A stretch of DNA of 62,180 bases, counting the filler, from Sphacelaria rigidula (Eukaryota), in the NCBI GenBank assembly GCA_964200075.2. It is 7 parts of 7 records of this genome, joined end to end, with 100 filler letters (N's around TTAATTAATTAA, not from the genome) between each part and the next. Parts side by side here need not be neighbours in the genome. Positions count along the whole stretch, not along the records: positions 1 to 8,799 come from CAXNAA020010070.1; positions 8,900 to 17,697 come from CAXNAA020010071.1; 5 more parts are not named here. One strand, written 5' to 3'. Position 1 is the first letter of the stretch, and each line of letters begins with the position of its first letter. Shown piece by piece: positions 1 through 11,561 of the stretch. The position numbers and the translations under genes were made by a program. The notes below the pieces were generated by a model. It ran no database searches. It was given only the letters and a program-made list of their open reading frames with translations, and was not told the origin of the DNA.

Positions 1-60
1 CCAGACGCGTCATTCCTGACCAGCCTCATTGGTCATTCTGGAGGCCCGGTCCCAGAAGGG
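1..60 (-). mobile_element. Terminus of a piggyBac-like element (family also at 8673 and 35074), truncated by contig start
   Basis: Bases 1-60 are the reverse complement of 8673-8732 with few mismatches. The terminus AAGGG is followed by TTAA at 61-64. Confidence 0.65.
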
Positions 61-649
61 TTAATCTGCATCAAATTGACTTGGAAATTGACTACATAGA
101 ATTGAACTTGACTACATAGAACACCATAATTGTGACACTAGAAACGGGTTTGTGTTTCGGAGCGGAAGGTTTTTCGTGATTTACACCAATATTCACCAAG
201 TATCCGAAGCGGCCGTCACCCCCCTGACAGCTCGTGATCTGACGGGAATTATGGTGCAAAAAGATTTGAACTGGACATGGTCGGTTCAGAGTTATGAGGA
301 GGAATGCGTCCAAATTAGGAAACAAAACAAATGCATATTTTAGCTGTATCTCAACGAAGGTGTAGCAAGATCCCCTACCCTCGCGGTCAAACGGTGAAGC
401 GATTCCCTTCAAGCTATGGTGCGTGCCTGAGCTCCTCGTACATATATCGAAAGGTATGCCCCATGTGTTCGGCACCAAATCACAGCTGCGTCCGGGTATT
501 TCAGGGTGGTTTTTGCCGTTCGTGACGCAGCAAACGTCTAGTTTTACATATATAATTTCATTCCATGCGACAGATTTCATTCCCTGGCAGTTGAACGTTT
601 GAACATAGTACACCGCTACACTTTTTGCACCTGCGTGTGTACCGTGGTA

Positions 650-2695
650 CTGTTATGGGCGCGCCTGATCCCCCAAAATGAGCCCAAAACGTGTCACCGA
701 CCAAAAGCACGAACAGACCGGAGATGACGTTCATCCTCTGAATATGCACGCCGCAAAATCCCTCAAAGTACTTGTGATTTTAGTAGGGTTTCTATTTCAC
801 GCTTCATAAGTTTTCTTGTTCCGGAGGACGAACCACGGCGTGGCTTGGCTACTCACCGGCGTTTATTTGTCCTAGCTACAATTGTGCCGCTTCGTTTTAT
901 CTAAGACGTCACGGTGATCGAGAAAATCGCAAAAAACCTATGTCTTTTTTTCACATAATTCGTCATAAAACTCGCATCCTGATGAAGTAAAAAAATTCAA
1001 CCGATACAATTGTAGCTGTCGTCTTGGCGCAGATGATGCAAAAAGTCGCATCCCAATCGATGGCCGTGGCGATGAGTAATCTCCTAGACAGGTTGGGCTG
1101 TGATCGCAAACACGCACCTCCAACCGTTGCCGGTCTCAACAAAACGCGAAACCCTCACCCCTTTGTAACGGCCTCGGAATACATGACACCCATGAATGAC
1201 TCGTGGTAGTGCAGATGGTTGATACCTCGGATATGTGGAATGTTGCAGGATTTGAACCTTCGACCGAGTCCCCAGAAGAAAGAATCATCTTCGCGACCTC
1301 GCAGCAGCGGAGAGAACAAATTATAACTCTGACCCTAACGAAGGCATACTGAGAACCATCGGGCAAGGCGGGGTGCGACGTGTTTTGTAGGCGAAGGGTG
1401 CGTTGCCAGACCTCGAATCGGCGCCCCAGGCGCCGATTTAGACAAGGACGCATTCTGGAACGCTAGTAGAATGGTAGGAGCTCAGCCCCGATGAAAGATC
1501 CGGATTTCGATTTTCACACCAAGATCAAGATTGACCGATTCACGCTCCCGAATGGGAAAGTATACTGCGCCAAGACGACACAAAGTCGTCGGCCCACTTT
1601 CGCTGAAGCCACATGGCACCGAAGCCACAATCATGTCTTTTAGTGGACCCACCCATCCCCAGACACGCATCTGTTGCATCGGCAATGGTGGGTGACGGAC
1701 GACCGTTTGTTTTCATTCCTTCCTGCAAAACATCTTTGGAGTCAGATGAACCCCCCTAGACCGCGAGAGTATTCCATCTGGACCATGCATACTTTTTTCA
1801 AGTGAAAAATGATGCCGATTCAGAATGTGACCAAACCGCCGCGGTCAAAGAGCTAATTAATATCATATTCATCAAATGAAAAGCCATGCCCACGGAACAA
1901 CAAATACACTTTGAAACGCGAGTCATTCGTCCGACAAAAGTTGCGGAATCATCGCAGGCGATAAATCAAGCTCCTCAAACCATGACGAGGTGGTGGACCA
2001 ACACCCGCCCACCACATTACACACCCGGTGACTATTTGTACTCCACTCGTCTGTGTAGGTCCTCGTTGAAGTTCATCAGTACATATGACTTTGTCGCGTG
2101 TTGAGCACATCATGTTGACCCAACTTCGATCCGCCCAAAAATGGTTAAGCTTCCTGGTTTCACTTACCGGCGTTGGGCTACAAATGCTCATGGTTGATAT
2201 TACTTGATTTGAGTGCGTACAACGATAATCGGAATTTTAGTAGGGCTGACGGTCCCGTGTGCTCCTCGGGTGCGCACAACGCGTTTTCGTTGAAATCTGC
2301 GCCACAGAAGCCGATTTGAGGTCTACCAAGGCCCCACTTTCTTCAGAGAATGAATGTACCGCCCTTGCCCGAGTGTTCTCGCTGTACGTTGGGTTGGTTC
2401 AACCCAATCAGCCTCCTTGCATGCCAGGGTATCGCAAGCGTGGACGAAAGGTGACGCAGTGGCATGTGATATATGAGGAACAACGGAAATAACGGTAGGG
2501 TTCTGGTTTAGATGGCAGTCCACTTTTTTTCGATATGAATTTTGGATCCATACCGTTCTCTTCCGATGACGTGAGGCGCATTTTACTTCATGAGCCTGGA
2601 AAAGCCCCAGAAGTCGGTCTGTTCGTGCCTGTTCGTGATATTGGTCGATGACACTTTTTCTGCCCATTTTTGGGGGTCAGGCGCGCCCATAACTG
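650..2695. mobile_element. ~2-kb non-autonomous DNA transposon with ~70-90-bp TIRs, Tc1/mariner-pogo-like
   Basis: Left end TA|CTGTTATGGGCGCGCCTGATCCCCCAAAATG. The right end reads CAGTTATGGGCGCGCCTGACCCCCAAAAATG on the minus strand and is followed by TG (decayed TA TSD). No intact transposase inside; a TTAA-type MITE is nested at 1751-1852. Confidence 0.65.
1751..1852. mobile_element. ~100-bp piggyBac-like hairpin MITE
   Basis: CCCCTAGACCGCGAG...CGCGGTCAAAGAG followed by CTAA. Same core (CATGCATACTTTTTCAAGTGAAA...GATGCCGATTCA) as 8571-8668. Confidence 0.7.
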
Positions 2696-2820
2696 TGCCG
2701 TTTTTGCTTCATCTTACTGTACGACTCCTACGCAATGACCAGGGGTTGCTCGGTGCCCTCAGATGTAGATGTGTGAATATATTGTGCTGGGCATGTGTCG
2801 TGTTAATGGTACGCAATAAT

Positions 2821-3632
2821 CTAACTCTTTTGACCGCCACCATATAAGGTCATCTGTTGAATCGCCAATGATACAGATGGCCTAACCTAGCAGTCGAAGG
2901 GTTAATCCCTAGACCGCCAGGGTAGGCCATCTCTTGAACCGGCATCATCTACACGTCAAAAATACCATGAATGGCGCCGATTCAACAGATCGCCTACGGT
3001 CGCGGTCCAAGAGTTAAACGTTTGACGGAAAGGTTAGGTCATCGGAATCAAGCATACTTTTTCAGGTGAAGTTTATGACGATGCAACAGATGACCTACTC
3101 TCGCCATCAAAGGGTTGACCGTTTGACGGCGACGGTAGTTAATCCTAGATCATATACAGCCATACACAGCGGCACAGCAGACAGGCGACTGAAATTATGT
3201 GCAGAAGAAATCGCTGTCAACGTGCACTCGTCGCGCACTTCCGACCACGGCGATCCGACTACGGAAGCCAAGAGCCCTCCGACGGCAAGGGTAGACCATT
3301 TATTAAATCGGCATCACCTACACCTAAAAACTAAGATGGATGGTGCCGATTCTACAGATCGCCTACGCTCGCGGCCAAAGAGTTAATCGTTTGACTGCGA
3401 GGGTAGCCCACCTGGATCATGCATTGACGGCGAGAGTAGGTTATCTGTCGGATCGGCATCAATTTCACTTGAAAAAATTATGAGTAATCCAGATGGACTA
3501 CCCTACCCCTCGCGGCCTAACGGTTATTATCCTTTGACGGGGAGATTGGGTTATCTGCCGGATCGGCATCAATTTCACTTGAAAAAGTTGTGCATGATCC
3601 AAATGGGATACCCTCGCGACCGAGGGGTTAAC
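2821..3632. repeat. Array of ~8 complete or partial ~100-bp piggyBac-like MITE hairpins joined through single TTAA-like tetramers
   Basis: Units 2825-2901, 2906-3013, 3018-3114, 3275-3382 and further units to 3628. Junctions are TTAA (2902, 3014, 3383, 3629) or TTGA (3115). Each unit has CCYTTGACCGCGAG-like TIRs. Confidence 0.75.
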
Positions 3633-4125
3633 GCAAACCGGCATCACGTTACCTCACAGAAGACAATGTGATCTGTACCGATCCTACGCATCACCGAAGA
3701 TCACAGAAGACACCACGCCTCAGGGGATAGGAGCTGCATGGTGCACTGAAGAACTCACTGTCATTGTGCTCAACAACACATACTCCGCCAGACCACCCGC
3801 TTCTGGTAAACCCCTTGAGCGCCGGAGGTGTTCATTCATGCAATCGGCATCATTTATTGGAAAGGGCATGATAATGATGCCGGTTCCATAGATAAATTAA
3901 CACCTCGGGCGGGTCGAAGGGTTTGCATCTACGCCGTAGGACAAAATACTCTGTGCCTACGAAACCATGAAACACCTTCGCTGCCCGAGTGTTCGAGGTC
4001 TGCCTTTCTCGGGTTACGGTTGGGCTTAGTGTTTAAGTGCAGTTGGGTCAGCCAATAAAAGATGCGGATATTGTGAAGAAAGGGGCTGATGGCGAAATAA
4101 AGCCTTCGGCCGCCTATTGATTAAT
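3425..4125 (+). repeat. Composite repeat segment, diverged direct copy of ~7375-8570
   Basis: Collinear blocks shared with 7375-8570: GGCATCAATTTCACT, CACAGAAGACACCAC, CTCCGCCAGACCAC..GCTTCTGGTAAACCC, GCCGTAGGACAAA, TGCCCGAGTGTTC. Confidence 0.7.
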
Positions 4126-4736
4126 CGGCATCAGTTTCAGGCCTCTTTCGATGAAAATTCTGAGAGGTGCCGGGGTAACAGGTCGCGCTAATTTCCGAGA
4201 AGGGAAGCATAAGATTCACTAGTCGACAGTGGTGGTTATTAGCACGAAGGAGAGGCAAACGGCTAGCGAAGTCGCTCGTCTCAGAGCGAGGGATTCTCTG
4301 GGTGACGGGTTCCCTGAGAGAACGGAAGAATTAAATTAAATACTGGCACCTGGTGCACCGGGGTGCGGGGAAATGCTGCGCTGTCAGGCGTCACAAATCT
4401 GCACCAGTGTACAGGAGAGCCGCCCGAAAAAAATCTGAATATAGTATATATACAAGGTTTTTGGCGCTTCGCGCCACCGCTCAATCGAGCGTTTCCCAAG
4501 GCAAAGGGGAATGAGGAGTATTGGTACCGGCATCAGCCGTCGCCCACATGGAGAAGTACTGAGAGGCGAATGTATGATTCAGAGATAAATTTTGTGACAC
4601 GAGGATATTATCCAGAGTTAACTCTTGTGACACGCGGAGATTTTTCAGAGATAATACATTCTCCTTTTTTGCCTCTTTGGACTTTAAAACATCGTCGACG
4701 ACGATGTAACCCGGCCGAAAAAGAATCGGAACGGGG

Positions 4737-5050
4737 CAGAAGACATCGGCCCTGCACAACGAGAAAGATGATCGTGAAGTTCCACCCATTCTCCGTCCGA
4801 GAAATCTACGCAAAATGAACGTATTTAACAATAAAAAAAACGACAAACCCCGAACGAAAATGAAAAATTGAAACGAGGCAGAAGACACTGATCGTACAGA
4901 ACCAAAGCATAACTGCCAATCTCCGCCCATCCTCCGTCTGAGATATGTGCCCAAATGAACCCACTTCAACCTTCAAACATAGACGAAACTCGACCGAAAA
5001 TAAAGACTCTTAGCAACGCAGAAGGCACTGATCCTGAAGAACTAAGAACT
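4737..5050 (+). repeat. Degenerate tandem repeat, period ~141 bp, ~2.3 copies
   Basis: GCAGAAG(A/G)CA at 4737, 4878 and 5018. CCCAT(T/C)CTCCGTC(C/T)GAGA...AAATGAAC in the first two units. Confidence 0.55.
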
Positions 5051-5126
5051 ACCTATGAAGGAATAGGACAGCATCGACAATATGAAGGAGTTCACTGTTG
5101 CCCGTCGATGAGACGATGTATATAAA

Positions 5127-5719
5127 ACCATCTTCTATGGCAACGTATCTCGAATATTTTAGACGGGGACTCGAATTCGCGAACTCAAAATCGGGAGGAC
5201 CGTTTCATGGTACAGACGGTATCATAGTTTTGTGAAATAGTTCTGTACACAGACGGACATTTTCTGCACCAGTGTGGTAGTGCGTACTCGTGCATGAAGT
5301 CGAAGAGTAGGCAGACGGTGAATACTCCTTCGAGTACAGTGTCGTACCATGGTACCCTAGGGTAATACAGTGCAGGACACGCCATGATCACAGTACATGA
5401 TAATGCCGTGTGGTAGTACATGTTGGTGGCAAAGTCGGTACTGCGAGAACAGTGAGCAATCAGTTCGCGAGAGGAGTTCAGTAGTCCAGTGCAGAACATC
5501 ACCCTGCAACTACAGCAACAACAGACCAGGAGAGTACAGCACCGTTCGGTATAGTGATACATGTGACAGCGGACTGCAGCATGAGATATCACCATTGCCA
5601 CAGGGTGGGGCGTCAATACTCATTATCCACTCGTCTCAAACCCCGTGCGAAGCTGCTGCAGCAGCTGGCGCGGGCAGGCACACACTGCGTTGTCACGAGG
5701 CTGTCTTCTGCTGCGGTTG
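5127..5719 (+). repeat. ~590-bp direct repeat, copy 1 (near-identical to 6653-7236)
   Basis: Runs from ACCATCTTCTATGGCAACGTATCTCGA to CTGTCTTCTGC.GCGGTTG. Duplicated ORF-track translations confirm near identity. Confidence 0.9.
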
Positions 5720-5788
5720 CAGAAATATCAAACGCCTCGTCCTCTTCCATTGTACGTCAATGAACATACTTCACCTCCTCGAAATCAG

Positions 5789-5868
5789 GGGGAGTCGCGA
5801 TCTCGGAATGATTTTCTCCGATTGTTTCGAAAAATGGGGGGAAATTGTTCTGAGATCGTGACATCCCG
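5789..5868. repeat. ~80-bp imperfect palindrome (MITE-like hairpin)
   Basis: GGGAGTCGCGATCTCGGAATGATTTTCTCC pairs with GGGGAAATTGTTCTGAGATCGTGACATCCC. Confidence 0.5.
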
Positions 5869-6652
5869 ACTTTTTTTTCCTCGATGTTGAAAAAAATCGA
5901 CATCGGTCATTGGCGTAATAGATAGATGGTCTATTATAACACCCTGTGGAAAAGTTGTGAAGCAAAAGAAGGAATTACAAATAAAAAAGAACTAGCGAAG
6001 CAATCGGCTAAACTAAGGTGATCCTGTCGCCTCAACTCAGCCTTTGTCTTGGTCTGCAGGTCACAGCGATATGCTCAAATCAGGCTGATTCGGGGAACTT
6101 GGGAAGCTGTTGTGTGATGTGCGTTTGTACGTTACGGCTGGCCCAGCTCGTACGTAACTAGCCGAAACGGTAGGTACCACTCCCCAATCATGCTTGGAGT
6201 AGGATTCAAAAGTGGTTCCATCCGCGGGGAGGGAGAAACGACGATCGTGAATAAGCACTTTATTGTTCCCGTGTTTGATCGATGCACTCGTCTGTTCAGT
6301 CGCATCGTAGTTCCTGTGTGACAGGTCAAAACGGTAGATGTACACACGAGTGCCCGCGTGATCATGTTCGCGGGGGGAGGGCATGCGCGCATTAAACCCC
6401 GGGGTCCGCTGTTTTTTCTTCAGCTTTTTACATGTCAAGTGTATAAATATATTTAGACATATGCAGAAGTAGTGCTACACGCTACATCGGCCAAAATCGC
6501 GAATACCGCCCCCTAATTCACGGTAGTAGCCACCCCTGGGGACGGCTATTTTCTCGTCCGCTGCGTTACCATACCCCCCCCTGACAAAATCCGACTCCAC
6601 CGATGTTGCATATATTCTATGATGCGTCATCTATTAACATTTGGGCCCATTG

Positions 6653-7236
6653 ACCATCTTCTATGGCAACGTATCTCGATTTTCTGAGACAGGGACTCAA
6701 ATCCGCGTACTCAAAATCGGGAGGACCGCTTTATGGTATCACAGATTTGTGAAATAGTTCTGTACACAGACGGACATTTTCTGCACCAGTGTGGTAGTGC
6801 GTACTCGTGCATGAAGCCGAAGAGTAGGCAGACGGTGAATACTCCTTCGAGTACAGTGTCGTACCATGGTACCCTAGGGTAATACAGTGCAGGACACGCC
6901 ATGATCACAGTACATGATGATGCCGTGTGGTAGTACATGTTGGTGGCAAAGTCGGTACTGCGAGAACAGTGAGCAATCAGTTCGCGAGAGGAGTTCAGTA
7001 GTCCAGTGCAGAACATCACCCTGCAACTACAGCAACAACAGACCAGGAGAGTACAGCACCGTTCGGTATAGTGATACATGTGACAGCGGACTGCAGCATG
7101 AGATATCACCATTGCCACAGGGTGGGGCGTCAATACTCATTATCCACTCGTCTCAAACCCCGTGCGAAGCTGCTGCAGCAGCTGGCGCGGGCAGGCACAC
7201 ACTGCGTTGTCACGAGGCTGTCTTCTGCCGCGGTTG
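6653..7236 (+). repeat. ~585-bp direct repeat, copy 2
   Basis: Near-identical to 5127-5719. Confidence 0.9.
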
Positions 7237-7239
7237 AAA

Positions 7240-7570
7240 AAATATCTTATCCCAGTTGAGGTTGATGCCGATTCAACAGATGACCTACTCTTGCTGTCTA
7301 AGGATTAATCACTACCCCTACTGGGTTGTCTCGTGTATAGAGATTGTAGGAGTCCACGCCAACACGAACCCTTCGAAGGCGAGAGAGAGTAGGTCATTAG
7401 TCGAATCGGCATCAATTTCACTGGAGAAAAGTATGTTCCAGATGGACTACCCCTCGCAGTCTAACGGTTGTCATCCCTAGACGACGAGGATAGGTCATCT
7501 GTTGAATCGGCATCAATTTCACTTGAAAGAATAACGCATGATCGAGATAGGATACTCTCGCGGCCGAGAG
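7240..7570. repeat. Second cluster of piggyBac-like ~100-bp MITE units
   Basis: TTGATGCCGATTCAACAGATGACCTAC and GAATCGGCATCAATTTCACT cores in both orientations. Confidence 0.65.
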
Positions 7571-8090
7571 ACAGATGCAAATCGGCATCACTTCACCTCG
7601 CAGAAGACAGTGTGATTCGTACCGGTCGTACGCATAACCAAATATCACAGAAGACACCACGGCTCAGGGCATAGGGGTTGCATGATGCACTGAAAAACTC
7701 TCCGCCAGACCACTAGCTTCTGGTAAACCCTCTAGCGCCGGAAGTGTTTATTTGTAGAACTGACATCGTTATTACTTGAAGCGCCTGAAAATGATGCCGA
7801 TTCCACAAATTCTTCTAGTGATGGGTTCCTTAAGTGACGTTTGCTGCGATAGCCCCCCTTCCCAAAAAGTGGCTGATTTCGAGAGGCGAAATCTACAGGT
7901 GAATCGAAATGAACTAAGCCGAGCATAGCGAGCAGATGATTTGTGGAATCAGCATCATTTTCACTTGAAAAATATATAAGAACCAGGCCGACTCCACAAA
8001 TAAGTGAACACCTCCGGCGGTTGAAGGGTTGGGATTGGCGCCGTAGGACAAAGCACCCCGTGATTAGGACAGCCATAGGATAGTCTCGGT

Positions 8091-8419
8091 GACACTTTCT
8101 GCAATAGCTCCCCCCCTCCAAAAATGGCTGATTTGGAGGGGCAAAATCTACACCACGTAAATCGAAATGAAAGAAGCCGAGCACAGCGAGCTGATGATTT
8201 GTGGCATCGCCATCACTTTCACTTGAAAAATGTATGAGCCGAGCACAACGAGCGGCTGGGGAGTCCCACGCTTGGGTTCGTTTTCGCCAATGTCGCCCAT
8301 ATAAAGCGCTTCATGCAACCTGAAATCAAACATTAGGCGCTGTACGACCCTTTTCTTCGTGAAAGTTCTAGGCTGGTTTGGGGGGGGGAAAGGGGGGGGA
8401 AGCTATTGCAGAAAGTGCC
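8091..8419. mobile_element. MITE with GAC...G(T/C)C termini and 4-bp TSD (CGGT)
   Basis: TIR GACACTTTCTGCAATAGCT(C)n / (G)nAAGCTATTGCAGAAAGTGCC. CGGT at 8087-8090 and 8420-8423. The paralogous segment near 3978 lacks the insertion. Relatives at 7836 (partial), 41305 and 53178. Confidence 0.8.
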
Positions 8420-8570
8420 CGGTGCCCGAGTGTTCACCATCTGCCTTCATCGGTGTGTTACGGTTGGGGTTAGGGTTAGAGTGTAGCTGGGTCAGTCTAT
8501 CAAAGATTTGGATATATCATAGAGAGACAAACTGACGACGAAATTGAACCCATTGATCGCCTCTTGTTAA

Positions 8571-8668
8571 CCCCTAGACCGCGAGATTAGTCTTTCCGGA
8601 TCATGCATACTTTTTTTCACTTGAAATTGATGCCGATTCAACAGAAGACTAACCTCGCGGTCTAGGGG
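8571..8668. mobile_element. 98-bp piggyBac-like MITE (cleanest copy)
   Basis: TTAA|CCCCTAGACCGCGAGATTAGTCT ... AGACTAACCTCGCGGTCTAGGGG|CTAA. Confidence 0.8.
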
Positions 8669-8672
8669 CTAA

Positions 8673-8799
8673 CCCTTTCGGGACCGGGTCTCCAGAACGA
8701 CCAATGAGGCTGGTCAGGAATGACGTATCTGGCGTCTAAACGAAACAGTCAAGTGTTACTAAAAATCCGCATATGTAACTGCAGGGTTATGACGAAGAC
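8673..8799 (+). mobile_element. Terminus of a longer piggyBac-like element abutting the MITE, truncated by contig end
   Basis: CTAA|CCCTTTCGGGACCGGGTCTCCAGAACGACCAATGAGGCTGG. Homologous to 1-60 (inverted) and 35074-35207. Confidence 0.65.
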
Positions 8800-8899
8800 N
8801 NNNNNNNNNNNNNNNNNNNNNNNNNNNNNNNNNNNNNNNNNNNTTAATTAATTAANNNNNNNNNNNNNNNNNNNNNNNNNNNNNNNNNNNNNNNNNNNN
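8800..8899. other. Artificial contig linker (44N-TTAATTAATTAA-44N); identical linkers at 17698-17797, 26595-26694, 35492-35591, 44389-44488 and 53285-53384
   Basis: Six identical 100-bp spacers with stops in all six frames; contig lengths never increase along the window. Confidence 0.98.
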
Positions 8900-10915
8900 C
8901 CAATTCCGCCCCCCCCCCATCCCCCCGACACACACAAACAGACAGTCCTCGCCCTCCACCCGGCTGAATCCCGGCGTGCTCCGCCCGGGCTTTGTACGTA
9001 TGCGAGGCGCACGCTCTTGCCAGGTGGGCAAGCGTACGACGGGGTCGCTGAGTTAACGGTCCTTTTTGACGTCAACGTTCAGAGCTGCCCACCCCAAATT
9101 CCTACGCGCAAGGAATAGGGCATACCATGGTACATGACAAGAAGAATGCCACACCCGAAGAAGAAATAAATACGGCAATTTGTTCACGCTTTCAGGGCAT
9201 AGTACTGAGACACGAATAGCGAATGTGACCTCTCTTTCCCTGTTTCATGCATGCCCGCCCTCTTCGTTGTGCATACGAAGTCTCACCGGCCACCTCTGGA
9301 AGGTGAGGTACAAAATAGGCCGCTAGGTCACGGGGTCGGTGAAGATTCGGTACACGTTTTTGGAGGCCACTTACCGGCCAACGTTTGCTGTCCTGTGTGT
9401 TGAAATTTGGTGTGGATGTCGCTACCGCTCACTGAACTCAAAAATGTGGGTCCGCTCGGTATTACTTGTTTTTTTTACTCATTCAGGGCGTTTTCGAATA
9501 GTGAAAATCATTTTTCAACGGATACGCCGGCACCTCTCGACTAAAACAACAGAGGAAGGCCTTTTTTTCATTCAGCAAACGTCCGTGGTTCTCCATGCTA
9601 CATTTCAAATCACAATTTTCATTAAAATTGCTAAAAAATGATGTGGGATACAAGATCCATGCTCGTTCGCCCTCAAAATTCGCATGAAAATAGGGGAAAA
9701 AATGAGGGGAAATAATGAAGAAAACAAAACATATCCTTTTGTTTTACAGGCTGGTTCACGGAAGAAACAAAACAAAAATACTAATCGGCAAAATTTCACG
9801 CCGTTTCAAGGAATCCGACCCTCAAAATTTGCGCAGATGTTCGATGGGTCACTACGCAACTTGCGAACGTCGACGTCTTCTCACTTCCAGACTTTTCCCC
9901 CGGTATTCCGGGGTCCCACTTTTTCTAGGGGAAACTTCGATCCAGTCCGACCCCGTAAAACGGAAGAAACGAAGAATAACAAAGTCGACCATACAAAGTT
10001 ACGTAATGAACCATAGCACGATTGTCCAAAAATTCAGGGTCTAATTCCTTCAAACGGCGTGAAGTTTGTCGTGTTCGTGCGATTAACGTTGCCCTGCCAT
10101 GGTGAAACAGCAAACAAGACTTCAGTATAAAAATCGCGTTTTTCGGCCTTCTTTCACGTGGACATGAAAATTCGAGCACCACTTCATTGAGTTTGGCCAC
10201 CAAACTTTGTGGGGTTCTTCGTTGGGTTTCGCGGCGACACAGCGTTCGCAATAAATATGTAAACAATACCATAGTGCCGGCTTCCCGGGGTCCCACAATG
10301 GACGACTGCGAGCTAATGACTGAGATCCCCTCGGACCCCCAGAAAACGGTAATAAATCAACAGTTGGAAAAAACCTCGTTTATCAAAACTTGCGTAATAA
10401 CTGATAGCACATTCGTGCAAAATTTCAGGGTGTAAAACTCGTATTAAGTGCGTGAAGATTTGCGCGTTTGTGCGAGGATGTGAGCTTAAAACGTGCAAAC
10501 TCCTTACTACTTGCTTTGAGTATGAAAACATGTTTTGGGGGGAATTTCACGCCAAGGCAGGAAACATTGTATGAGATTTTTGAGTTTCTCCACCAAACTT
10601 CGTACATGTGTTCCTTGGACCATACCGGGACGCATCATGTGCTTTATTTTATTTAGGGTCTTACTCTTTACGTCAACGTTGACGTAATCTGTTACATCCG
10701 TCAACGTTCAGCATCCCTCCCACGAGCCCCGCATGGACACAGCAACACATGGAAACCACTCAAGTCTCTACCTATCGTTGAAGCCATCGCACGGAGCAAA
10801 CGGACCCGTTTCGGATGAGTTACATGCATGATGCATGGTCGTTAATCAGTCGCGCCCGTAACTTCTACACCTGCCTTCACCGTGCGCGTGCAACCCGTAT
10901 TGAGCCCCAACGTAT

Positions 10916-11174
10916 ACCCTCGCAAGGTCCGGCAAGGTTCGGGAACGTGACGGGCAAGGTCCGGCAACGTCACGTTCCTGACCTTGCCACACAAGGTCAG
11001 ACAAGGTACCCTGCAAAACGTCTGGAACATGGATTCAGGCATGTGCCAGGCACCCCAGTGGCCACTACGATGGTACAATTGCCTTGAAGGTGCCTACGAC
11101 CTGAGATGGATTCCAACCTATACCCTGGCGAGGTCAACTTTCTGACCCTCCAAGGCAAGGTACCTTGCAGAGGG
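10916..11174. mobile_element. ~260-bp MITE with repeated CAAGGT/ACCTTG subterminal motifs
   Basis: Ends ACCCTCGCAAGGT and ACCTTGCAGAGGGT are inverted. Multiple internal CAAGGT and ACCTTG motifs. Confidence 0.5.
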
Positions 11175-11227
11175 TCTGGAGGGTCCGATATTCCACCCTC
11201 CAGAGCCGCCGTTGGCCACCTGTGAGG

Positions 11228-11561
11228 GTTGCAACCCAGGTACGCGTAGCCCAGGCACGTGGAATGGCGAAAGAGTTGCGAGGAGACCTATTTGACCAGC
11301 GGTCGACTTTGTCCTCTCTTTCGAGCAGTCAGGCCTAAGAAATCCTGAATTTGGTGATTCAAATCGGTGATGATTCGTCCGAACCATGGAAGATAGATAC
11401 CACGTGTAAATTACAAAATAAGTTACGGGCAGACCTTTTCACTTTGGAGTAGAATGGTCCAGCCGAAACTACTCCGGTTTCACCGCCGAAATCCGAGACG
11501 GCAACGTCATGGACAACGAAAAAAATATGAAATTGGAACCGCCCTGGACAAAGGCCAATCT
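11228..11561 (+). repeat. Interspersed repeat, same family as 42555-42981 and 54440-55005 (inverted)
   Basis: GTTGCAACCCAGGTACGCGTAGCCCAGGCACGTGGAATGGCG ... GAAATCCGAGACGGCAACGTCA ... GCCCTGGACA shared with contig 5. Confidence 0.85.

Noticed and set aside
2821..3632. Regularly spaced palindromic units resembling a CRISPR or REP array
   Set aside because: Units are ~100-bp TIR elements with conserved interiors and no unique spacers. There are no cas genes and the context is eukaryotic.
5185..7237. Duplicated 140-150-aa Cys-rich ORFs suggesting a paralogous gene pair
   Set aside because: Several overlapping frames are open on both strands only because the DNA is duplicated. There is no domain or splice structure.
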